Assembly (NCBI GenBank): GCA_951406725.2
Contig: OX597815.1
Location: 170,004,001 to 170,068,000 of the forward strand
DNA length: 64,000 nucleotides
Direction of reading: 5' to 3'
Origin: Octopus vulgaris
Lineage: Eukaryota
Shown: in pieces, positions 42,926 to 57,675 of the stretch
Layout: each line of letters begins with the position of its first letter
How positions within the stretch are numbered: the first letter of the stretch is position 1
Notes under the pieces: generated by a model
What the model was told of the DNA's origin: nothing
What the model saw: the letters and a program-made list of their open reading frames with translations, nothing else
Database searches by the model: none
Position numbers and translations under genes: made by a program

Positions 42926-43151
42926 ATTTACACTCAATACAAATTACTAACATTTAGAATAAGATAAGTTTGCATTCCGAAGATTTAGAGTAAAATATCA
43001 TCAGGGCGAAAGGACATTAAGGAAAATACATGTTGACCTGTTGAGATACTCCAAAAGACTTGTCTTTTTGCCCTGAGGATATTTGCTCCCAAATCTTCAA
43101 AATGCAAACTTATTTTATTCCATATGTTTGTAATTTGTATTGAGTGTAAAT
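42926..43151. repeat. Imperfect palindrome: ~90-bp arms with a 44-bp spacer
   Basis: Arms 42926-43016 and 43061-43151, each carrying an outward-facing CTGA(T/G)GA. Confidence 0.8.
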
Positions 43152-45264
43152 CTCTCCGTTTTCTTATTTAATAATATTTGATATTTATAATATATCTATT
43201 GTAGGGATACTTCTTAACAATATAATGTATTAAACTAGTGTTACTTATATGGAACCATCGCTACGAAAGATTTATATATTCTCGTAGTAGCTATATATAT
43301 ATATATAACATATGCGTGTGTGGCTTTGTGTCTGTGTTTGTCCACTCTCCATATCCATCCATCCATCCATACATACATACATTCATACATACATACATAC
43401 AAATACAATCCCTATATTACCGGGTCCAAAAATGTTCAGTATGTTGGCTTGAAAAATCGTGTCTCTTACAAAAGTTGAGAACCTCCGACGAATAAACTCG
43501 AGGAACGAAATTTTCTCCTGTATGTCCGCATGTCATTTTCATGTATGTCTGCATTTCAAGAAATGCATCTAGTCGGAATTTAAATGTAGGCCACCAGACA
43601 CTTAGTAAACCATTAAAATCTTGTTTTAACATCTTGCTTTAACATCTTGTTTACATGTGATGGCATCAAATTATTGTAACGTCAAATTATTGTGGTTTTC
43701 TTGTCTTCTTTACTAGCGTCACTTGCTTAAATGTTATCAGCCTAAAATACAACTGACAAAATGGCGAAATAAATTATCGTTTCGACCAGAAAACTCTGGA
43801 CAGCTGTTTTAAAAAGATTTGTGATATTTTTTAATTATAATATTACATTATCGACGACACGTACATGATATATGTGTTCTCTTTATACGCCCATTAGCAA
43901 CGGGAATTGCATCAGCAGAAGAGTCCCTTGACATCAACGAGTGTTAAAGGACTCTGGATCTCCCAGAAGAGGCGTGTCATCTCACACTGAAGATGAACAT
44001 GAACGTCAGATATCAATATTTTGCTACCATGTTAGCTCATTAGTCCCATATACTCGGCTCACAACGAAGTGCTACGTTGTAGCACTTCAGCAAATGGACT
44101 TTACACTATTTTCATATAGAACTGTAAGGCTTTTTATTATTCATTATCGATCTTGTTTAATTGTAACAAATAAAAGATGGCAACGCGATCGATTAATTTG
44201 CGAGTGATCAGTAGCTGTGTCTTAATCAAATTACAACTTGCCACCTTTCAAATGGAAGGCCGTTTTAAACACTAACACTAGAGAATGTATTTGCCGTTTT
44301 AAAAATATATAAGAAACTGCTGGTCACGGCTGGTAAGCACTTATTATAGCTCTATTCATTCAGGGCTTACCTAGGTCTGAATATTTCATGATAATGAGAA
44401 ATCGTCTATCTCAGGGTTGCTTAACTCTTCTTTTGATATTTTTCCTTTCCGTTTGATATCTACTTTCTTATTTTGACGCAAAGATATATCCCCAAATAAT
44501 CTCTCTATATAAGGCTCAAATCAGTGTCGAAACGTTATCTTTTAGATAGCGTGCTAACTCTTGTTTAATGAAGTAAAGAATTGCAGTCTGAGGAAAGTAA
44601 TGTTGTATCAGCAAAATCTTAAAAACATGGAATAACTTCGTTTCGTTTATTCTGTTAATATTAAATGAATCCGACAAAATATAAACGACGTATAAGTTAG
44701 TTGTATACACTTGTGTGTATGTGTGCGTGTGTATGTATGTGTATTTGTGTGTATGTGCTGTGTTTGTGCGTGTGCGTCTGTGCTTCCGAAGGTATTGGTA
44801 TCAGTGAGTGGTTGTGGGAATCCAGTAATACACAAATTTCTCATGAATATAATTGCCATTAGAATAATCATTTCTCCATATTTTATATACCAATTCCTTG
44901 AAACTGATGAAAATATATAATATAAAATAATGTAAGATAATATAATATACTATAATATGATACATCCCATTTATCATAATGCTGCTTTTATCAAAAACAA
45001 ATATAAAAAAAAAGAACTTTGCAACAGGGCTAGGAGGAATCCAGAAATTTCCTTATAAACAACAAAAACAAAATCTATATCTCATGCTGCATTTTGTGTC
45101 AAGTGCTTAATATCAACACATTGGTTTGGCACTCGAAAGAAATCGAAAATATTGGCATAAAAACGTTTGCAAGCACTTTATCTTCCAGTAAAAATATCCA
45201 GCAAGGATAAATATAAGGAACGAGTGCGCTTTCAACGAAACCTACTTTGATGCATGCATATATA

Positions 45265-45319
<55 letters not shown>

Positions 45320-45622
45320 TTACTCACACACACACATCCATCCGTACATATATATAATGAGTGAAGGAAAGGGATTTAGCATACACATACACATGCACAC
45401 ACACACACAAATACACATAAGTATGTATGTGTATAATATACATTGTATCTATTCATATTGCATATATTATAAATATATATCATATTGTTTATATATTATT
45501 TATAATATGTATAATATTATATAAAATATATATAGATATCATATATAATATATCTATACAATAGTATGTTATATACATGACATATATATGAAAAATATTA
45601 ATAAATGTTTCTTCGCGAGAGA

Positions 45623-45846
45623 TGCCAGGCTCATAAGGGCCGGCTTCTCGGTTTCAGTGGCGTAGAAATTCCCCCACCTGGACGGGATGCCGGTCCGTCG
45701 CACGATTACTCATTTTTGCCAGTTGAATGGGATGGAGCAATGTGAAATGAAGTGTTTCGCTCAAGAACACAACGCGTCGCTCGGTCCAGGAATCGAAACC
45801 AAAAACTTATGATCATGAGTTCAACACACTAAGCCACGCGCCTCCA
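45623..45846 (-). mobile_element. SINE family D
   Basis: Homologous to 21965-22213. Confidence 0.82.
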
Positions 45847-46007
45847 CGACATATTATATAGTATATATATATATATATACACAGATACATATATATATTA
45901 CATACCATATATATGATATATATATAATATATATATGATATAATAAATATGTATGTATGTGTATATAAATATGTGTGCATATGTATATATACATATATGT
46001 GTGCATT

Positions 46008-46062
<55 letters not shown>

Positions 46063-46496
46063 TTGGAAAACATTAATACCTGAAATGAATTTAAACAAGA
46101 TGAGAGAAACAATATATCTGGAAACAGTTTTGTTTCGCCTATTTGGAGGATAACGATATATAAGATACGCTGGCTGAACCACTCAGAAATCCACACAGAT
46201 AAACATTCAACAGAGCAGAAAAAACAAAAACAATATAAATCATCCTCTGAATTTGATATGAATCTGGAAAAAGGAATCAGGATGAATAATGAATGAATAT
46301 TTATAATAAACTATTAATATCGATCACATACACACACACACACACGTATGTGTGTGTATGTGTTTATATATATATAAGTCTATTTATATACATATATTCT
46401 TCTTATATAATATCAGTACCATATACTCACACAACACACACGCACGTACACACACTCAGACACACGCACATATATATAATACAATTATATACAGTG

Positions 46497-46529
<33 letters not shown>

Positions 46530-47346
46530 TGTGTGTGTTTGTGTGTGTGTGTGTGTTCTATTTATCGCATAATTTTATGAATTGTACGACAAATATCAGG
46601 TGTGTTTTTTTTTCAGTTAGAAGTTACAAAAATTGCTTGCGATTAAGATAATGAATATATTTTACCTTAATGTTTGCTATAGAAATAATAGTCGTATACA
46701 TTTACACTGAATACTTTTAAAACAAAATTGTAGATAAGGACACTACACAGCGAGTGTGTTAATATGTTTAATATATTTAGAGAGAGATCATTCAACGCTG
46801 TTTATGGTCAGGGATATTCAAATGTGGAACTTTATCGCGTTATTGTTCTCATTGTTGTTTGAATTTTTGATCCATGTGCTATGGGAATACACTTTCATCT
46901 TATGTTAGATCGATAATTTTCTTGCACTACTTCCTACGAACTGAGACCAGGATCACCTCGTTAATATCCCCGGAAGACCGTACAACAATCTAGCCTCATA
47001 AAATAGCACAAAGAAATAGTTACTACGCTTATCAAATATACTTATAATAGGAGCTAACTCGGGAGCAGAATTTCTAAGCTACGCTTGAACTAACAGCTAG
47101 AAATATCCTGCAAATTACAACTTCTCTCTAATAAAGAAAAATACATTTGACTATATAGTCCTTCATACTGAGCATCTTTGATCATAGGTGTGTGCAGTGA
47201 AGTTTAACCTGGGTTAAACGAGAAAAAGAAGGGCGAGGGGGAGGAGGATAAGGTTGAGGAGAAGAAGAAGAGAAAAAAGAAAGAAAGAATAATAACATCA
47301 CCAACAGCATCAACAACCACAAGACTTTACGCCATCTTTTGTGTTA

Positions 47347-47487
47347 TAAGGTTGTCCCAAAAGTTCGTAGAAAGTCTTGGAAAATAATGCTTTTTATTTT
47401 GAGGAATAATTTTTGTTGTTTTTGTTAGTACTTGGCGAGTAAAAATTCAATTTTCGCAAGTGTTTACGAACTTTTGGGACAACCTAA
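47347..47487. mobile_element. Mariner-type MITE (~140 bp)
   Basis: TA|taaggttgtcccaaaagttcgta ... tacgaacttttgggacaacctaa|TA. Confidence 0.85.
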
Positions 47488-47996
47488 TATTTATAACATA
47501 CAAGTACAGTTTGTTCAGTTCCAACAAATACTAGATATGATGGTCTAACATGGCGACCACGTTATTATAAGTATAGAAAAAGGATCTGAGAAATTTGAGG
47601 ATGATTATTTCGTGATCTAGAAGATTTAACTCTGAACATCTATTAACCCTTTAAAGTTCTGCCATTCACCACCAGGGGTATGCTTATACCACTGATGGTC
47701 TATAAGTTCATTTTACAACAGTATGGACTTTGAGATGGTAGAATCAATACAGTACTTAAAAAACTGTTTTCTTCGTACCTAAAGGATCAATAAAATGAAT
47801 ACCAGCTAAGTGTATATTCCACCGCACATTTTGTCTTGTCCTTGTCAAACCAGTGAACGAGATTCATTCTCTGCGGTGTTTCTTCTGACACTATTTTTAC
47901 TTTTCGGTTTCAAATTCCACAGAGGTCAACATTAACTTCCATCTTTTCAGGATCGGGAAAATAAAGTACCGAGAGGTCGATGGTATCAACTAAATT

Positions 47997-48603
47997 TAAG
48001 GCGGCGAGCTGGCAGAATCGTTAGTAGGCCGGGCAAAATGCTTGGCGGTATTTCATCTGCCGTTACGTTGTGAGTTAAAATTCCGCCGAGGTCGACTTTA
48101 CCTTTCATCCTTTCGGGGTCGATAAATTAAGTACCAGTTACGCACTGGGGTCGATGTAATCGACTTAATACCTATGTCTGTCCTTGCTTATCCCCTCTAT
48201 GTTTAGCCCCTTGTGGGTAATAAAGAAATAGGTATTTCGTCTGCCGCTACGTTCTGAGTTCAATTTCCGCCGAGGTCGACTTTGCCTTTCATCCTTTCGG
48301 GGTCTATAAATTAAGTACCAGTTACGCACTGGGGTCGATGTAATCGACTTAATACCTATGTCTGTCCTTGTTTATCCCCTCTATGTTTAGCTCCTTGTGG
48401 GTAATAAAGAAATAGGTATTTCGTCTGCCACTACGTTCTGAGTTCAATTTCCGCCGAGATCGACTTTGCCTTTCATCCTTTCGGGGTCGATAAATTAAGT
48501 ACCAGTTACGCACTGGGGTCGATGTAATCGACTTAATCGGTTTATCTGTCCTTGTTTGTCCCCTCTATGTTTAGCCCCTTGTGGGTAATAAAGAAATAGG
48601 TAT
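47997..48603 (+). mobile_element. SINE family B trimer (three 184-bp units) nested in an older family B copy
   Basis: ggtat at 48047, 48231, 48415 and 48599; TSD ggtatcaactaaat at 47982-47995 and 48599-48612. Confidence 0.92.
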
Positions 48604-48759
48604 CAACTAAATCCCTTCCATCAAAACTCGATGGTTTTATGCTTAAATTAGAAACGATTACTGTTTCAGTGGTTTTATTCTTGTATGCATTCATTGTAAT
48701 GAGGGCAGCCTTGAGTATGTGCATGTCTTCCGTTTGCTTCTGTCGCATTTAGAGTTGAT

Positions 48760-49900
48760 CTAAATATGTATATAGTGCCTTGTAGGAGTATTGTTCTATA
48801 AGTTGTGCATATTTGTGAACCCGATGGTTTTGGTTATGTATTTGCCAAGTTTTAATAATTCCCAAGGCATCAATTATTCTGGTTATTTCCGGATTTCGTA
48901 TGCTTTCTCAATTTTTGTTGGAAGTACAACAACGTTTGCAGCGGCTGAACTTTGATTAGAAGAACTTACTTTCGTAGTAGTCCCCAGAGAATGCCTGGGA
49001 TATTAAAATGATAGCTAATAAACCTTGATTTGCAGATTCCCGGATACAGCGGCTTTGTCATTCACTGAAACCTTTTTAGATATACGTTTATAGTTTTCTG
49101 TTGCTATTTTAGTATGCGAGAACAATTTCCAGTGTACGAACATCTCAACTATGTCATGTCTGTTTATATATTCTCCGTTAGGTAAAACTGAGCAGCTAAA
49201 GACAGCGAGATTAAATGCTTTCCCATCATTTTGTATATTCCTGAGTTACTTGATGTATGTTACATCATTCTATGTTTTTGGTTGTTCCTGAAAACTACGA
49301 ATACATTATGCAATCAAGAACACTTCAGTTTCAGTTTTAGATTAATTTTTGCAATTTCTTCATTAGTAATTTTATCATGAGTAGTTAGTGACATGTTTAA
49401 TACAGAAATACATAAACTATATGGAGAAACAGTATTAAAAGCCTTCTTTTAGTCAATCACTGCCATTCTCATACTCTTCATTCTTCTACTATTTTTCGTT
49501 CTGAGTTTATTGATCATTAATCCATATTTACAACTACATTAGGTATTGCTATATCCATTCTGCTTTTCTGAAAACGCGTTGCATTTATTTATTTATCCTC
49601 TATCATATTAATTCCGTTAAGACATTGGCAAACTGTAGAAAGGCAGCTTATGGTTCAGCAAGTTTTAGGGTTCGCCGTTTCTTTAATGTTGCCCCTGAGA
49701 GTACCAGTCATGTGTTTTCTCTGGCTCCATCAGTATCTCGTTAAACATCTCTGCTGGCAGCTTATAAATCCATGGTAAATATTTAAACTGAGAGTTAGAG
49801 TTCTTATAATGTCTTGTGACTTACAGATATTTACTTTCGAGAGTGACCGTGCTTCTTAATGTGTTGTTATGTTCTCACATCATTATTCAGTTGCTGTGTT
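48760..49900 (-). pseudogene. Ancient R4/Dong-like LINE relic; boundaries approximate
   Basis: Minus-strand RHDIVEMFVHWKL near 49125-49162; otherwise heavily decayed. Confidence 0.45.
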
Positions 49901-51324
49901 AGTTGTTTTGAATAATCTCGTCAAAATGACTGCCTCGATGCATGTCTCTAAAATTCGCCTGCTTTTCTTGCTGTTGGTGCTGCAGCGATATCTATTTTAT
50001 TTTTAACTAGTTATTGATAAATTCTTTCTCGGTCGAAATCGAACTGTTTGTTTTATTCAAAGAATAGCTGTGAATTTTCACGCCCATTAATTCTTTATAA
50101 CTCAACCAGAATTTCTTGTTTCAAACGTCTTTTGAAGTCGAATATTTCGTTTTCAGTTGACATTTCTGTAGTATTAGTCTCTCCATCCTACCTGTCCTTT
50201 CACTTCTGTCGCTTTATTATTGATTTTAGTAAGGATTCGGAGAGCTTTTCTCTATTTTCTATCTATGTCCATATGCTTGTTTTCCATGATGTTTGCTTAG
50301 GTTTGATATTATTATTATTATTATCTGAGTAAATCTGAGTGGGAACTCACTTTCTTTAGTAACTACAATCGCTGTTGCATATATTATTTCGTTTAGCCTT
50401 TTAATAGTGATGCCTTCCTTTGTATTCATTAGGTTTGCGATGAAATTCGTGTTTTTTTATTGTTACTGTGATTTCATTAGGTGACTCCATTCTTCATTAA
50501 TGGAAAGTTGTTTTGAATTCCTTAATTATTTCCATCACTCGATTGTCATGTTCATGGCTTCCACATTTAGAACTTCCAATGCTTAATCACCCTCATATAC
50601 ACTTTTATTTCTCTTTCTGTTGTTGAATTTCGTTTTGTTGTCGGTTAGTATATGTAGATGTTCTACAATTTTATTTTGTTTACTTTTATTTATCTTGGGT
50701 GTTATTGCACCTATAAGGGCTATATTCATTATCTATGTACCCACTGTCTCTATTTTAGTTGTTTATTTTCTGAGTGATACTTCTGTTTTCGTTAATGCAG
50801 TCTCTCTGTAAACTGTCCTCTTTCAATTGTTGAGATTCAATGTTGCTTCAGTATATTCATCCAGTTCATCTTTTGTGAGTAGAACGTGTTTCAAAATTAT
50901 GCATCTACAATCAAGACATATTCCTAACTTATACTTTTATGCACTTTCTGTTTTGTTAGTGAGACTTGAGTAAAATCCGTCTTAGATTGTCATTGATTTC
51001 CCCGGTTCCTGGTTATTTCAGTTATTTTCAGTGATACTGTGGTTAGTGATGCTGTGGTTATTTTGAATTTCTTTATTAACAATGGGATGAATGACACTGT
51101 TTTGTACAATTTTTTCACACACACAGATACACATCCATACATACACACATGTATACATACACACACACAAATATCCATCCATCCATCCATCCATCCATCC
51201 ATCCATACATACATACATACATATATATGTATATACAGGGAAAAGTAAAACAGAAACAAAGAAAATGCACACTAGGTATAAAAGTAATGAATTATTTTAT
51301 AAAAACAAAGATATATGCACATTA

Positions 51325-51732
<408 letters not shown>

Positions 51733-52093
51733 GCGTAAAAGATTTGGGGTGGTATTTAGGAGGATAAAAATAATTTAATTGTATGTATATATCTTTGTTT
51801 TTATTTTATAAAAGCCATTACTTTTATACCTATTGTGCAATTTCTTTGTTTCTTTTTACTTTTCCCTTATTTATACCACCTGTAGTCTTTTTCTTTGAGA
51901 CCTCTTTCTATTATATATATATGTATATGAGAATATGATTTTAGTAATTTCTGAAGTTAGTCGTCATCTTTTATTTGCTGCCGACTGAAACTGCGCTTGC
52001 GCGGTGTATTTGAAAAAAATATATAATATATAATATATAATGATGAGATCCGTGTTATTTTGTCTCTAAATTATATGTTAATGTTTGGCGTAC

Positions 52094-52163
52094 CCGCTGA
52101 TGAGAACATCGCCTATTAAAGTATTTTTTTTTTGTAATTAAAGTTCAAAACCTAGGTCCAGCC
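52094..52163 (+). ncRNA. Degenerate hammerhead motif
   Basis: ccg-CTGATGA-gaac...gttc-AAAA-cctagg-TC-cag; both deviations can be explained by CpG decay; palindromic stem III. Confidence 0.5.
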
Positions 52164-52315
52164 GTAAAACATGGTAAATATTTTTATTTTTCATTCCTTT
52201 CGAAATTGCTCTTAATTGTGGTTTGGACTTTTGACTGTTCCTTCCATCACGTAAGGTGACCTGTTAAGGGTCACGTCACCTCATTTTGTGTTTAAATGTA
52301 CACTAATTATATATA

Positions 52316-52599
52316 TCACCGTGACCGACCAGGCTATCAGATGTTGCTACACATCTCTGGTCACAATGCGCTTCGCATTGTTTTAGCCATCCCGCTGGCT
52401 AAACGAGCAGGCCAACAGAAGAAAGAGAGAAAATTGTAGTGAAAGAGTACAGCAGGGATCACCACAACCCCCTGCCGGAGCCTCGTGGAGCTTTAGGTGT
52501 TTTCGCTCAATAAACACTCACAACGCCCGGTCTGGGAATCGAAACCGCGATCCTACGACCGCGAATCCGCTGCCATAAAGACTGGGCCATTGCGCCTCC
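52316..52599 (-). mobile_element. SINE family A
   Basis: Reverse-complement homology to 2287-2590. Confidence 0.87.
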
Positions 52600-53201
52600 A
52601 CACACACATATATATATATATATGTATATATATTCATAAATATTATTTAATAACAGTCTGATTTGGCTCAGTGTAACTTAAACATTTTTAGGCTCGTAAA
52701 ATAAGCCTAGCTTTTCACGCTTTGGTAATCCTCGAAACTTTAAACTGCATGGAATCGAATAAAACTACAACTAAATAATATATATATAATTCCGCAAAAT
52801 CTGTTGAGTTCAACTTTCTTTGGTTTGTCCACTCACTCGTATATATACGTCGCATTTCTAGGGCTTCCTCTATCTGTAAAAATATCTATTTGATGAGTGA
52901 TGTTGTTTATATCTTTCCTGATGAGATTGATGCATAGCTGACCATAATTCTTCCTGTCGGCTGTATTTTGAATGCATCCATAGAAAATTATGTAGAAGAT
53001 ATGAAGATATAAATGTTTTACTAACATCCTGAGCGTTCGTCTCCTTTTTCAATTTTTCCTATTTTCTTCTAAATAAGACTTATTTATTCCGGAATCAAAT
53101 CACACACAAGTGTGATCATTGTTTCCTAGGACACAGGCAACATTTAGCTACCTTGTAATTATTCCCCTAGATCCTTCCTATAATTTGCACACTCATATAT
53201 A

Positions 53202-53242
<41 letters not shown>

Positions 53243-56200
53243 CTTGTGATTTCTTGTGTTTGTGATGGGAGACAAAATCCCCTGATATAATACAAATTGT
53301 ACTTCAATAAGTTTTTGATAAAAGATCTCCAAAAACAATGAATATTATTTACACAGTGTTTCTTCAACATTTACATAATTTTTGATCTGGTTCACTGGTT
53401 TCAATCGTTGTTATAGGCTATTTCTGGAAACATTCGTATGCTCATCATCGAAACCGACGGAGAATGCAACGCTATACCATTAATTTGCACATCGATTCCC
53501 TACAACATCTTACTATATTTTGTCATTCTAATAAAACCTACGGTTTTGTCATTTAAATAACACATACATTTTTGTGTTAGTACACGTTTTAATTTACTTT
53601 TAATCCAAGCCTCCTACTAACATTAGTGCATCGTTTCTCCTATACTGTGGAGTCTATTACATTCTTATGTGCTATCTAACTACTATTACGCACAAAAGGA
53701 TAAATACCTCTGTTTATTTTACCACGCATCACATACTGTCTTCCTGACATGTCGCTTTTTGTTTAATGAATATTTGTTCTAGTTGGTTGATTTCGTCCAA
53801 GAATGTTCTACTTTTCTGTTTTATATCCAATCCTGGTGTTAAAATCTTTCTATATTTAGTATTTTCTCAACCAACTGATTCTATAACATTTTATTTGTAA
53901 TTTTTCATCTCCCTGTTCTTTTCTTTTGTTTAAAATTCGATACAGTTTTTCTACATTTCTACTGATTTTCCTAAAGCTCCTTTTTATGTTATCTAACTTA
54001 TATGTGTAACACTATAATACCATGAATACAGTGTTTGTTAACTTTGTGTATCCATTTCAGAGCACAACGTACCATCACTAATCCGTAAACGTAGCTAATT
54101 CCGTATATTAACTATCGTGTATTGAACTCTTAACCAATACATAACAAATGTTGTACATTTGTTTAAATAATTAAAAACCACCAGTCACATGGCATCTACG
54201 AGTTTTATGTGAGCTTATCCATCTTTTTCTATTGCAATTAAAATAAACGCGGACACACAGTTGATTCCATCTCTACAGGATTACGGTTGATGTTATTATC
54301 TCCTCTCATACATTCTTTGTTGGTTGTGCTTCCGCTACAGCGGTATAGAAATTCGTAATTTGCAGCTCTTTGATCCTTCTTCCTATACTTGTGCTAAGCA
54401 AATTACAAAACTTGATAATGGTGTCGCTGAGAGAGAGAAAGGAAAATCTCTTGGTGACATAAACTTACAGTCTCAACCCAGCTCATGGCATTCGAAGCAA
54501 AACCTTACTTGTGTATTTGATTTGCTTATGTATTTAACTGTATCCTCAAGATAATACTTTGCGGTTAACTGAAAGTACGCCGCAAAATATCTCAATGTTG
54601 TCCAAATGGTGATTTCTTCAATGTACTATGTTCTTTCAAATTTGTTTTAAAATATCTTCCGTCTCTTTTACTGTAATCTTCTCCAACTCCACATGTAATT
54701 TCATTTCAGTTTCAGCTTATCCTTCTTTGCATATGAGTCAACTAGACCTTTCAAACTATTTTGAATATCAGCTTTATCTTTCTTAAAAAAAACCTACCAT
54801 ACTGATTTCAAATTTTAGCACAATGCCAGCAATTTCTGGGGATAGAGAGTAACTCAATTACATCAATCCCCCAATGCTCAACTGGTACTTATTTCATACA
54901 TACCAAAATATTAAAAGGTGAAGTTGACCCTGGTGATATATGAACTCGGAACCTAATATCGAGAAAAAAGCTGCAAAGCATTGTCTCCAACGCGCTAATG
55001 ATTCTGTCAGCTTGCCGCCTTATAAAACCCTACCATATTAATAAAAAAAACAAACTAATATTATCCTTGATACCCTCGGAATTTAGGCAAGATCAGTACT
55101 AAAATACTTTTGATTATAGATTTGCCTGAGCAGGGATGACCAGAAACAAATGAGGACTAGGAACGACAATAAAACACTTTGGATATTTACATATTAAAAC
55201 CTTCTTCAGTACAATTATTTCCTTGTTATCTGGAATATTTTCCTCTCCGACTCTTTTTTATAGCCATGAAACATCAATTTCTGATTGTATATCTACATAC
55301 TTGCTAAGACACCAGTTCCCTTTCTCTGTTGTGGTGAGGCCATCTATGCATTGTTTTTAGTTGATTCCTCTGTTACGTTTGTTTAGATGCTTCCTCCGTA
55401 TCAACTTTCATGATACATAAAACAGGGTATTCTAACCAAAAAAGTAATACAAGTGGGGATAATGGTGTCGAGTTAAAATATATTTTTAATCAATAATCAC
55501 ATTTGAGCACATGCCAAATCGACTCAACAAGATCTCATTCAGTTTTGTATTCTATCATATAATACAACTATATATTTTTTTATATGCTCAAAATTTCGGG
55601 ATTGAAACTACTACTAGCTTCCTGATAAGATTCTATGAATAGGTAACATCTAGCTTATGATCTGTGTCGGCATATTTTGTTTTTGCCTGGAAATACTTCC
55701 ACACACACACACACATAGGTATATATGTGCATATGTATGTATATGTATGTATGTATTTATATATGTATGTATGTACGTACGTATCTATCTATATGTGTAG
55801 TATGTATGTATATATATATATATATATGTATAGTATGTATATTTCTCTATGTATGTATAGTATACATATTTATCTATATGTAAGTATAGAGTCTATATCT
55901 ATATCATATATATATATTCGTATTTATATTTATACACGCATATATAATTTTGCCTACATACACAATTGCACATAGACATATCTACTCACCTTTGTCTGCC
56001 TGTCTGTCTGTCTATCCTTATATATACTATTCTCTCTAAGTTCCATTAATAGTTAGTGCATCAATACCAAAGAAAAGACATGTACGTGTACTTGTTTACT
56101 ACGTAATATTTTATCCTATCTTTTCATATAATAGTCACTTTTCTTCTTAAAATTGTAAAGTTGAAAGAAAATAATATCTGTTAAACTGTATACATCAAGT

Positions 56201-57094
56201 AAGAAAGATGTCTATATATCAGCACAAAAATAATATTTAATAAGTTATGTCTTCAGCGTTACAATATGCACAACATGTAAATAACGTATTATCGAAACGG
56301 ATATTACTTCTGAGATTATCTGGTATCCGTGTTTGCAATCAAAGGAAAGAATAATATACTTTATAACAACATGACCAAGCTGAGTCTTGATCAAACTTCG
56401 AAAATAAATTATTACTGTAACATGATTGGAAAAAAGGTTATTCGTACAGCCAGAAGCAGTTTCAGTATTATTGTAATATCTTTTCATAAAGAACGATGTC
56501 AAAGGAATAGCATGGCACGGAACATATATGAAAAATCAAAAAGAACGTTTATGTTATAATGTATACTTACACTAAAATTCTGAAGAGATATTGAAATATT
56601 TCAATCGAACCGTTGAGCAATTGTTGTCAACAATGAATGCCAATCGGAGATGATCTTGAATTAACCAGAAAGCATATTTGAAGTTGGCTTCACAAAAGTT
56701 GTTGGCTTCTAGGCAGCATGTATAGTTTCGGGATGAGACCAATTACATTTCAGTAATTATATACGAGATATATTATGTTTGTCGGAGTAGTTGATTACAT
56801 CATTGCCACAAGGGTGACTCATGTATATTAACTTTATGTAGACCTATTCTACTACGAGCCAATGACGAACTATCATAAATATGTATAGCAGGTTTGTCAT
56901 ATCGGTTTGTCAATGACTAAAATAAGTAGTGGGATCTTCAGCGAATTTACTTTAATTGTTCACCAGGACAGCATTTGCCTTTTGTCATACCCATGATATG
57001 TAGGTAACAAAGACTCATCATACTGAGTGCTGTTTTCGAAGAGTTAGCGCTATTAGGCTTCCACAAAAATAATAATAAGGATAAAGACAAGATT

Positions 57095-57435
57095 TACATT
57101 ATTTACATTTAACGGATATTTGTCCTCATCTTGTTTGTTGCTAACACAACGTTTCGGCTGATATACCCTCCAAACTTCACCAGGTGTCTTGGGGAAATTT
57201 CGAACCTGGGTTCTCATTCCTAAGGTATTTTTCGATGTTCTTCTTCTTCTTATTATTCAGGTCACTGCCTGGAATCGAACTCGGAATCTTGGGGTTAGTA
57301 GCCTGCGCTTTTAATCACTACGCCATATGCCCGTGGGCAATTATGGAGTGAATTTTAGGGCTTAGATTTACGGCGTAGTGGTTAAGAGCGCGGGCTACTA
57401 ACCCAAGATTCTGTTTTCCATTCCAGGCAGTGACT

Positions 57436-57490
<55 letters not shown>

Positions 57491-57675
57491 CAACAACGTC
57501 GAAAAATACCTTAGGAATGAGAACCCAAGTTCGAAATTTCCCCAAGACACCTGATGAAGGCTGGAGGATATATCAGCCAACATCTTGTGTTAACAACGAA
57601 CAAGATAGAGAACAAATATCCGTCAAATTTAAATAATGCAAATAACGTACATAATTCCTTATCTCTTAAAGATAG
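57095..57675. mobile_element. Head-to-head inverted dimer of the hammerhead SINE (family H) within one TSD
   Basis: Minus copy about 57095-57332, plus copy about 57372-57675; TSD aaagacaagatt at 57083-57094 and 57676-57687; HHRs at 57143-57188 (-) and 57546-57591 (+). Confidence 0.88.

Noticed and set aside
48047-48603. Regular repeats as a CRISPR-like array
   Set aside because: Contiguous 184-bp SINE units with no unique spacers, in a eukaryotic context.
55984-55995. Strong minus-strand splice donor AAG|GTGAGT
   Set aside because: The would-be exon is GACA/TA microsatellite-like with no credible coding frame.
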